Assembly (NCBI GenBank): GCA_036268995.1
Contig: DATATB010000090.1
Span: 3,899 to 67,898, forward strand
From: Pirellulales bacterium
GTDB taxonomy: Bacteria > Planctomycetota > Planctomycetia > Pirellulales > PNKZ01
Direction: 5' to 3'
DNA length: 64,000 bases
Under the pieces are notes generated by a model. It made no database searches. It was not told where the DNA came from and was given only the letters and a program-made list of their open reading frames with translations. Below are positions 9,801 to 16,453 of this stretch, piece by piece (within the stretch, counting starts at the first letter, position 1; each line of letters starts with the position of its first letter). A program made the translations under genes and the position numbers.

Positions 9801-10386
9801 CGCCACCATTGCCGCCGTTGGCGCTGACGCCGTCGCCCGTTCCGCCAGCTCCGCCGATGGCTTGATTATTGGAGAAGGTGATGTTTTGGACCGTGACGGT
9901 CGCCGACGAATCGGCGAAGATAGCGCCGCCGGCCCCCAGGCCGCCGCCGCCACCGCCATTGCCCGAGGTACCGGCTCCGCCCTGGTTCACACCGCCGGAA
10001 ATGGTCATGTTCTCGAAGTTCACCGCACCGCCATTGACCGTAAACGGCTGATTGCCGTTGGCTTGGATCGTCGCGCTGCCGCCATTGATGGTGATCGCAA
10101 CGCCGTGGGTATTGTCCAGCGCCGGCAAAAAGCTGCTGAGCGTGACCGTGGGAACTTCGATCGTGATCGTGGCGGCGCTCGTCGAGGCGTTGGCCGCGTT
10201 GATTGCCGCGCTGAGCGTGCCGGCCGCGCCCGTGCCGTCGTCGGTGGCGGAGGTCACCACAAACTGAGCATGGGCGAGCGAGCACCAGAGCATCGCCACG
10301 CTCAAGAGCGCACCGCGCAGCCAAGTCCGCCGGAAGCCGACAGACTTTCCCGCGCCGCTCCGAATTGCTCGGTCGCTTCTGACCAC
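6832..10386 (-). CDS. autotransporter outer-membrane protein with Pmp-like (GGAI/FxxN) and autotransporter-associated beta-strand repeats
   Basis: 1184 aa with a GTG start after GGGGGGAG and a signal peptide ending 'SLAHAQ'. Contains 'GGAIFADS..ITFSNN' and 'GGALFINN', and repeated 'ITFSGANTYTGGTTI'. The C-terminal beta-barrel-like domain ends '..SLSFRLAF'. Confidence 0.85.
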   Translation of the reverse strand: MVRSDRAIRSGAGKSVGFRRTWLRGALLSVAMLWCSLAHAQFVVTSATDDGTGAAGTLSAAINAANASTSAATITIEVPTVTLSSFLPALDNTHGVAITINGGSATIQANGNQPFTVNGGAVNFENMTISGGVNQGGAGTSGNGGGGGGLGAGGAIFADSSATVTVQNITFSNNQAIGGAGGTGDGVSANGGNGGGMNVNSSGIYTGQGAVGGAGNGANGGFGGGGAGAGAGGTTGGTGDGGGDGGAPGVGGNGGNGLGGALFINNGATMGFGGGTTIDGTNTATGGAAGTGTISSGTAGPGLGGGLYVGIGSTALFDTSTTNSTVSGNIYSNGQIVLSGGNATIFFTGTNILQTMLSTEPSILIQSGTLNGTTNSINGDVGDGNHLVFDQGFAGTYLGVISGTGDVTVTGGGDITFSGANTYTGGTTIAAATTLTGTTTSLQGAMANSGSVVFNQGTAGTYAGAIAGTGNVTISGGSDITFSGANTYTGGTTIAAATTLTGTTTSLQGAMTNSGTVAFNQSTAGTYAGAISGAGNVAVSGGGDITFSGANTYGGGTSVASATTLTGTTTSLQGNVTNSGTVVFDQSTTGTYAGAISGAGGVTKNGTGAVTFSSTNTYTGDTNVNQGQLSINGSITSNAIVASGGSIGGTGTINGNLTNSGSITQTGATGTLTVNGNLTDNAGSTTNVRVTGTGHTAGVDNDLTHVSGNVSLNGIVSVKASNSSLGTYTFLDYGGTRTGTFSGITTNGAALAGTLVYAPGAVEFVLTRSFVNVAQTPNQAAVGNYLDQNQGSSNPDFQAVLTQLGTLPSSSIASALSQMDGEVYGTMAQLGVQTTEYLYLMLRRTAGVRMLDNPSDSGAEGPVEPEVLADEPDPDKDIVLVSYDEKTGQPLFAQQVQSCRPVWTGTIAGYGLGGFAESDGNAGGGTYGLGGTLGMLERRLDNCHVFGFFGSYANLSLRLNGPVQTDHANDGQFGTYFRRDDGFNYWLAAGSIGFDGYRSSRLINFAAINRTAAANYSGWQATSYLERGVRFPLFHGCVLEPFDAMQYIYLRQNAFNESGAGALDLNVNGINTGALRNLMGARLVNPYRFGWWRQRTGCRINSEVRAIWLHEYLHPETALNARFAGVGGASFATQGLNYGRDWAVLGGGLNWELTPLSSLALNYDMQLNTQQTFQAGSLSFRLAF
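8497..9228. repeat. intragenic tandem repeat: three full 195-bp (65-aa) units plus a partial fourth
   Basis: Protein residues 387-630. Units start LVFDQ(387), VVFNQ(452), VAFNQ(517) and VVFDQ(582). Long stretches such as 'DITFSGANTYTGGTTIAAATTLTGTTTSLQGAM' are identical between units. Confidence 0.85.
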
Positions 10387-10786
10387 CTTCGTGCTCCCCC
10401 CAACCAGTCACAGAATCAAGGGACCGACCGGCGCGCTGTCCGGCACAGCGAGCAAAATCGATAGGCTCGCTAAATTCGGCACCTTCGGACTATTCGTCAA
10501 AACCTTCCGCCACCAGTGACTTAATTCCCCACGACGGGCGGTCTGAATGTCGAGCCGGGAAAGGGCGCGAAACTTTGAGGGCGATGCTTAGCTGCCATAG
10601 CTAAGCCCGCTGCTCAGCTTGCCGTGTCGCCCGAGCCGCTAGCTTTGAATGACGTGGGCGAGCGGCGGCATGACGGGGAAAACACGAGAGTCGCTAACCG
10701 GCGAGGCCGCTAGCGGGCATTTGCGCGGGTGCGATTCCCACGCGGCATGGGATGGCACCCATCGCGTGAGAGTCCCCGCTGACGAC

Positions 10787-11482
10787 TCAGGCCGACCGGC
10801 GGCGGGGGCGGCGGGCAGGAGCGGCAGCGGTGTAGATGTGGGCATTGCCGCACTTGCCGGCGCACTTCACCGCGCCCATCTCGCGCCAGCAATAGGCGAT
10901 CCGCTGGGCCAGCCAACGCGGGATCTGCAATAGCTCGGCCAGTTCGTCGGTCTTGAACTTCGCAGGCAGCGGCGCTTCGACCAGGGCAATTAAATCGGCC
11001 GCGGTTTGCAACTGCCAGGTAGCGCCGCGGCTGACGAGCTTCTGGTCTTCCACTTCGAAATCGCGCTGGCCATAGCGCCGCCGCCGGCCGTGACCGGGAT
11101 AGCGCCACTCTTCGATCTCGACCGACACCAGCTCGAGCGTCAGCCGGGGATGTGGAAAGACGCGCGTGAAATAAATCAGCTCGTCGAAGATGTCGATCAG
11201 CCGACCGCGCTTGGGGCTCATCCGCCGCTCGACCACTGCGCCGGCCTTGCGGTGACGCTTGACCAGCAGCTTGCTGGCGATGATCGGCTTGACGATCCGC
11301 ACGCGATGGCCTTGCAGCAGATCGCGAATCTTGTCGCGGATCGAAGCCAGCGACGCGTGCTGGATCTCGATCAGCTCGTCGCCGTCGATCACGTCGATGC
11401 GATAGCGGCCATGGCGGGCTTCCCGCCGCGCGTCGGGCCCACCGTACAAATCCTTCAGTTCGCGATGTAACGAGGTTTCCAT
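10787..11482 (-). CDS. hypothetical protein, CoiA-like PD-(D/E)xK nuclease fold plus C-terminal wHTH-like region
   Basis: 231 aa. 'YRIDVIDGDELIEIQHASL' resembles the D...(E/D)xEIQ core of CoiA-type nucleases. The C-terminal 'TDELAELLQIPRWLAQRIAYCWREMG' is HTH-like. Coding is likely but the function is inferred. Confidence 0.5.
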   Translation of the reverse strand: METSLHRELKDLYGGPDARREARHGRYRIDVIDGDELIEIQHASLASIRDKIRDLLQGHRVRIVKPIIASKLLVKRHRKAGAVVERRMSPKRGRLIDIFDELIYFTRVFPHPRLTLELVSVEIEEWRYPGHGRRRRYGQRDFEVEDQKLVSRGATWQLQTAADLIALVEAPLPAKFKTDELAELLQIPRWLAQRIAYCWREMGAVKCAGKCGNAHIYTAAAPARRPRRRSA

Positions 11483-11508
11483 CCGTGGACGCCCGTGGCT
11501 GGCTTGGT

Positions 11509-12060
11509 CTATTTTGGCGGCTCGAGGCCGAAGTCGCGGATCGAGAGCAGGCTTTCGAAGCGGTAGCCGCGCTGGCGAAAGGCTTCAGCGCCGCCTTCCA
11601 TGCGATCGACGATGGCCAGGACGGCCGTGACTTTCAGCCCGAAGGCTTCGGCCCGCTCGATGGCCAGCAGCGAGCTGCCGCCGGTCGTGACCACGTCCTC
11701 GACGATGGCGACTTCGTCGCCGGGCATGACGGGGCCTTCCAGATATTGATTCGTGCCGTGCCCCTTGGCTTCTTTGCGGACCATGAAGCCGCTCATGGGC
11801 AGATCGTGCAGTCCGGCGATGGTGATGATCGCGGCAGTGATCGGATCAGCGCCGATCGACATGCCGCCGACCGCCTTGGGCAGGTGCGGCATCATCAGGT
11901 CGAGCATCCCCTCGCCAATCAGCCGGGCACCGGTCGAATCGAGCGTGACCTGCTTGCCGTCGAGGTAGTATTTGGCCCGTTTGCCCGAGGCGAGCGTAAA
12001 GTCGCCGAACTTCAGCGCCTTTTCGCGCACCAGGTTGAGCAGCAGATTTCGATCGTACAC
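11509..12060 (-). CDS. pyrE: orotate phosphoribosyltransferase
   Basis: 'ALKFGDFTLASGKRAKYYLDGK' and the PRPP loop 'VAIVEDVVTTGGS'. The likely start is GTG at 12060. The track start at 12132 is a TTG that would add 24 aa. Confidence 0.85.
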   Translation of the reverse strand: MYDRNLLLNLVREKALKFGDFTLASGKRAKYYLDGKQVTLDSTGARLIGEGMLDLMMPHLPKAVGGMSIGADPITAAIITIAGLHDLPMSGFMVRKEAKGHGTNQYLEGPVMPGDEVAIVEDVVTTGGSSLLAIERAEAFGLKVTAVLAIVDRMEGGAEAFRQRGYRFESLLSIRDFGLEPPK

Positions 12061-12190
12061 GGCTGGAAGGCACCCTTTCTCACGGATGTTGAATGTTCTG
12101 CGGTCGGCCGCCGTGCCGGGGAGTATACGCAATGCACAAGCTCGAAGTCATGGGCATAAACCCGCGGACCGCAGGTACGGCCCGGCATCA

Positions 12191-12302
12191 CCGTAGGCGT
12201 CTCGCTCCGTCGAGACGAATCCCGTCGCCGAAGGGCAACTCGGCTGGACGCTGGGAGCATCGAGCGGTGCGCCTGCATCCCGGCGGAGCGGAATGCCTAC
12301 GG
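12191..12302. repeat. REP family-2 doublet (CCGTAG..CTACGG), copy A
   Basis: GTAGG + CGTCTCG-ctccgt-CGAGACG hairpin on the left and a CATCCCG..CGGAATG hairpin + CCTAC on the right. About 80-85% identical to 12415-12521 and 46007-46120. Confidence 0.8.
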
Positions 12303-12310
12303 TGAGACGC

Positions 12311-12393
12311 CCGTAGGTGCCGCGAGCCGAGCGGCACCGGGAGCACCGATTGCACTGCTTTGCCAGGCCCGGCTCGGCTCGCCGGGCCTACGG
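12311..12393. repeat. REP family-3 doublet (CCGTAGG..CCTACGG)
   Basis: Hairpins GTGCCGC-gagccga-GCGGCAC and GGCCCGGC-tcggctc-GCCGGGCC. An inverted copy lies at 34607-34694. Confidence 0.8.
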
Positions 12394-12414
12394 AATCCGC
12401 CGTATCATGCGTCA

Positions 12415-12521
12415 CCGTAGCCGTCTCGCTCCGTCGAGACGCAGCTTGCGACGGGCAACTCGGCTGGACGCTGGGGGCGTCGAGCGGTGCGCCTTCATCC
12501 CGCGGAGCGGGATGCCTACGG
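12415..12521. repeat. REP family-2 doublet, copy B
   Basis: Same termini, internal hairpins and conserved core 'caactcggctggacgctggg' as copy A. Confidence 0.8.
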
Positions 12522-12679
12522 TAGGACAAAAGTTGGCGGTGGCGACCGCTTTGCCCAGCAGGATAAGATGTTGCTGGGTTCCAGCGGCCCGGCGGGAATG
12601 AGATTTGCCTCGTCGTGGAGGATTTCCCCAGACCCGTCCAGCATTCCGATCAACGCAACTTGTTATTTGCAGGAGGCTT

Positions 12680-14185
12680 ATGGATTCGCCCGCGGACCAC
12701 TCCGGCACTCCGGCTGATGCCGGAAAGCAACAGCGACCCGCCGAGGGTGGGGATCAACGGCAACCGCCCGCCGAATCCAAGCAGCCGGAGGATCCGCGTC
12801 GGCGGCGCCGCCGCTGGCTGGTGATTGGCGGCATTGGCGCGTTGTTGCTGGTGGTGGCGCTGGTGTTCGGCATGCCCTGGCTCGTACACCACATGAATGT
12901 CGTCACGACCGACGACGCCTATGTGAACGGCCACGTGACGTCGGTCGCGGCGCGGGTGCAAGGCCAGGTGGTCCGCGTGCTGGTCGACGACAACAATCGG
13001 GTCCGCAAGGGCGACTTGATCGTCCAATTGGACCCGGAACCGTACAAGGTGCAGGTGGCTCAGAAGCAGGCCGCCGTCGGCACGGCCAAGGCCGCGCTGG
13101 TGAATACCGAAGCCCAGGTCCGCGGCTTGCTGGCCCAGATTTTCAGCCAGCGGTGGCAATTGCAGCGCGGCATGGAGGGCGTGCGCAACCAGCTTGCCCT
13201 GCTGCGCTCGAACGTTTCGCAACTCAAGGTCGAGCAGGCCAACCTGGTGCTGGCCGAAAATGATTACGTGCGCGGCCAAGGGCTGATCGTACACAGCGCC
13301 ATCAGCCAGCAGCAGTTCGATCAGTACAAGGCCGCGCTGGAAGTCGCCAAAAATCGCGTGGCAGCCGCGCAGGATACGATCCAGCAAACCCGGGCCAGCC
13401 TGGGATTGGCGCACGACCGCGACCATCCGCTGGACGTGCCGACGCATTTGGATCAATCATTCTCCGGCGTGCGGCAGGCGTTGGGACAGATGGTGCAAAG
13501 CCTGGCTCAACTCGGTATCGTGCCGAAATCCTACGATGCCACGCCCGAGCAAGTGCTGGCCCAGTTGCAGTCCGAATCTCAATCGCCACAAGCTTTCGAG
13601 CGGTTGGTGAGCCGCGCTCCGTCGGTGCTTGCGGCCCGCGCGCAGGTGCGGCAGGCCGAAGACGACTTGCGCCAAGCTGAGCTGAACCTGAGCTATTGCG
13701 AGGTGTTTGCCGAGATCGACGGCGCCGTGGCGCGGCGCAACGTCAACCCGGGCGACAACGCGCAACCGGGCCAGCCGTTGATGGCCATTCGTTCGTTGAC
13801 CGAAATTTGGATCGACGCCAACTTCAAGGAGACGCAACTGGCCGATCTGCGCATCGGCCAGCGCGCCGAGTTGTATGTCGATATGTACGGCAAGCGGCGG
13901 CAGTTTCATGGCCGGATCACCGGTTTTACGGCCGGCACCGGCTCGACGCTCTCGCTCTTGCCGCCGCAAAATGCCACCGGCAACTTTGTCAAAGTCGTGC
14001 AGCGGCTGCCCGTGCGGATCGAATTGACCGAGCCCAACCCGGAAGATTTTCCGCTGTTCATCGGCCTGTCGGTCGAGCCCGAGGTGTACTTCAAGGAGCC
14101 GGCCACCGGGCCTGATGCCGGCAAATATTTGCAACCGTACCTGTTGCCGACGTCTCCAGCCGCACAGGCGCGGGCTGCCCAGTAA
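12680..14185 (+). CDS. HlyD/EmrA-family membrane fusion (periplasmic adaptor) protein
   Basis: ATG at 12680, 4 nt after AGGAGG. One TM helix, then 'TTDDAYVNGHVTSVAARVQGQVVRVLVDDNNRVRKGDLIVQLDPEPY', coiled-coil and beta-barrel regions typical of EmrA-like MFPs. Confidence 0.85.
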   Translation: MDSPADHSGTPADAGKQQRPAEGGDQRQPPAESKQPEDPRRRRRRWLVIGGIGALLLVVALVFGMPWLVHHMNVVTTDDAYVNGHVTSVAARVQGQVVRVLVDDNNRVRKGDLIVQLDPEPYKVQVAQKQAAVGTAKAALVNTEAQVRGLLAQIFSQRWQLQRGMEGVRNQLALLRSNVSQLKVEQANLVLAENDYVRGQGLIVHSAISQQQFDQYKAALEVAKNRVAAAQDTIQQTRASLGLAHDRDHPLDVPTHLDQSFSGVRQALGQMVQSLAQLGIVPKSYDATPEQVLAQLQSESQSPQAFERLVSRAPSVLAARAQVRQAEDDLRQAELNLSYCEVFAEIDGAVARRNVNPGDNAQPGQPLMAIRSLTEIWIDANFKETQLADLRIGQRAELYVDMYGKRRQFHGRITGFTAGTGSTLSLLPPQNATGNFVKVVQRLPVRIELTEPNPEDFPLFIGLSVEPEVYFKEPATGPDAGKYLQPYLLPTSPAAQARAAQ

Positions 14186-14194
14186 TCCTCGCCG

Positions 14195-14266
14195 GTAGCG
14201 GAATTCGTGAGAATTCCGATCGGGTGCATCGCGGCCCGCCCACGGACGTCTCACGACTTCCGCTAC
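14195..14266. repeat. REP family-1 inverted doublet
   Basis: GTAGCGGAATTCGTGAGAATTCCGA at 14195-14219 and the reverse unit at 14242-14266. Lies between convergent stop codons. Confidence 0.85.
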
Positions 14267-14271
14267 GATCT

Positions 14272-15975
14272 TCAACGCACGGGGCGCTCGGCAACGTGCT
14301 CGACTTGCCGGCCGACGGATGTGGCCCGGACATTCAAGATCGGCCCAGTGCCCGGGGCCGGCGCAGCGGCGGCCGGCGGGGGCGGGACCGGAGGCACGGT
14401 CGGTCCTGGCGGCGCGACCGGTTCGGCTGCCGGCAGCGGCGGCAGAGCGCTGGCTGGAGCGACTGCGGCTTGGGCCTGACCGCCGTGCTCGAAGGCTCGC
14501 CAGCCACCGCCCAGCGCACGGTAGACCTGCACCAGGTTCAGCGCGATGTTGCCGCGCGTGCTGGCCAATTGGTCCTGCTGCTGGACCAGCAGTTGCTGAG
14601 TGGTGAACACGCGATTGAAATCGACGATGCCGCCGCGGTATTGCAGCGTCACCAGCTCGACGGAGCGCTCGGCTTCGCCCACGCCCGACTCGAGGAACTC
14701 GGCCTGTTGCCTGGCCTGCAAGAAACCCACCAGGGCGTCTTCCACCTCGCGGCCGGCGGTCAGCACCGTTTGCTGATACTGAAAGACGGTCTCCTGCAAC
14801 ATGGCCTGCTGCTCGCGAACGTTGTTGCGAATGCGGCCGTAGTTGAGCACGTTCCAACTGAAGGTGGGAATAATGAAGCCGACAAAGCTTTTGGAGTTGA
14901 ACAGGTCCGCCAGGTCGTTGGCCGCGTAGCCGATGAAGCCGTTGATCGCGAACTGCGGATAAAGCTGGGCCTCGGCGATGCCGATCTGCGCGCTCTGGGC
15001 CGCCACCAGCCGCTCGGCCCGGCGAATATCCGGACGGCGCCGCAACAAATCGGCCGGAATGCCGACCGCCACCGTCAGCGGAGGCTGGGGGATGGGGGCA
15101 GGCTCGAGTTGCCGGGCGAGGTCCTCGACCGGCACCCCCAACAAAATGCACAGCCGGTTGCCGGCCTGCCGGCGTCCGGCTTCCAGCGGCGGGATGAGCG
15201 CCCGGGTCTGGGCCAGATTGGATCTGGCCTGCCGCACGTCCAGTTCGCTGACGACGCCGTTGTGAAAGCGATCTTCGGCCAGCCCCAGCGAGCCGACCTG
15301 AATCTCGACGTTGCGCCGGGCAAACTCCAATCGCTGCTCGTAGGTGCGGAGTTGCACGTAATTGGTCGCCACCTCCGAAACCAGCAGCAACACCGCATCG
15401 TGATAGGCCTCGATCGAAGCGCCCAAGTTGGCGTCGGCCGATTCGATGGCGCGGCGAAAGCGCCCCCAAAAGTCCAGCTCCCAAGAGGCGTTGAACCCCG
15501 TGGCCCAAAGGTTCAAGGGGCTGGGAATCGGCAGCGGGAAGCCGGAGCCTGACGGGATTTGGGCGTGTACGTAATCGGCAACCGCGGTCTGACGCTGCGG
15601 AAACAGATTGCCGACCGCGATGCCGCGCTCGGCCCGCGAGGCGAGAATGCGAGTGCCGGCAGTCTTGAGGTCGAGGTTCTGCCGATAGGCGGTCTGCACG
15701 AGGCGATCGAGGGCCGGATCTGAAAAAACCGTCCACCACGCCTGGTCGTCGGCCGAGGTCGCTTGCAACCGCTGGTCGGCCGCGTCCAGCCACTGCTGCG
15801 ACACGGCCGCTTGCGGCGGACAGTAGTTGGGGCCCACCTTCCAGCCGTTGTGCCACCATTGCCGCAGGCTCGTGGTGCAGCCGCCGGCCACGAGCAGTGC
15901 CAACACCGCGCAGGCGCTGCGAGCCCAGGGCCGGCGCCCGGCAGCTGAAAATCGAATCGCAGGGTTTTCGTCCAT
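14272..15975 (-). CDS. efflux transporter outer-membrane factor lipoprotein (NodT family)
   Basis: Lipobox 'LLVAGGC', then 'GPNY..P......W....D..L..L...A...N.DL' and two OMF repeats. ATG at 15975 (the track TTG is at 15990). Unusual ~70-aa Pro/Ala-rich C-terminal tail. Confidence 0.85.
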   Translation of the reverse strand: MDENPAIRFSAAGRRPWARSACAVLALLVAGGCTTSLRQWWHNGWKVGPNYCPPQAAVSQQWLDAADQRLQATSADDQAWWTVFSDPALDRLVQTAYRQNLDLKTAGTRILASRAERGIAVGNLFPQRQTAVADYVHAQIPSGSGFPLPIPSPLNLWATGFNASWELDFWGRFRRAIESADANLGASIEAYHDAVLLLVSEVATNYVQLRTYEQRLEFARRNVEIQVGSLGLAEDRFHNGVVSELDVRQARSNLAQTRALIPPLEAGRRQAGNRLCILLGVPVEDLARQLEPAPIPQPPLTVAVGIPADLLRRRPDIRRAERLVAAQSAQIGIAEAQLYPQFAINGFIGYAANDLADLFNSKSFVGFIIPTFSWNVLNYGRIRNNVREQQAMLQETVFQYQQTVLTAGREVEDALVGFLQARQQAEFLESGVGEAERSVELVTLQYRGGIVDFNRVFTTQQLLVQQQDQLASTRGNIALNLVQVYRALGGGWRAFEHGGQAQAAVAPASALPPLPAAEPVAPPGPTVPPVPPPPAAAAPAPGTGPILNVRATSVGRQVEHVAERPVR

Positions 15976-16106
15976 GTTCGCCCTGCCCAAGTCGGAATAG
16001 CGTTAGCGGTCGGCGCGCGAGTCGCCTCCTTGTTCATCGGCCGGCATGCAAAGCGCGCGTGAGTCCGAGCGTTTGCTGTCGCTGCTGCGATGGCAACGCC
16101 AACACC

Positions 16107-16444
16107 GTAGCGGAAGCCGTGAGACTTCCGACGGGATACATTTCGCTCTGTGTGAGCGTCATATTTGTAGGTGAAGCAAGGCGGCCTTTCCGTAGCCCAG
16201 TCCCTTCAGGGCTGGGACAACGCGGCCGCGCAAACCTCTCCTTCCCATTCCGATGCGGGCTGCGGCCGCGTCGGAATGGGAAGGAGGGATTTCGGTTGCC
16301 GATGGTAAACCCAGCCCTAAAAGGGACTGGGCTACGGAAAACGAGTGGCGGGAAGCCGCCGCCTCGGGCGTAGCAATTCCGCCTATTTTCGAGACGCACA
16401 CAGATTTCGCTTCGCGCCCTCGGAATTCTCACGAATTCCGCTAC
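16107..16444. repeat. composite nested palindrome built from three different repeat types
   Basis: Outer family-1 units at 16107-16131 / 16420-16444. Middle arms at 16191-16216 / 16310-16336. Inner arms at 16238-16253 / 16271-16286. All are centred near 16262. Confidence 0.8.
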
Positions 16445-16453
16445 CACAGCGCG

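Noticed and set aside
13457-15859. 800-aa minus-strand ORF. The same class of long ORFs includes 7045-8547, 43582-45300, 48879-50588, 50324-52360, 52670-54340, 54829-56292 and 61499-63493.
   Set aside because: All lie opposite or out of frame with motif-supported CDS. All have the Arg/Gly/Ala/Pro-dominated composition typical of non-coding frames in ~67% GC DNA, and I recognise no motifs in them.
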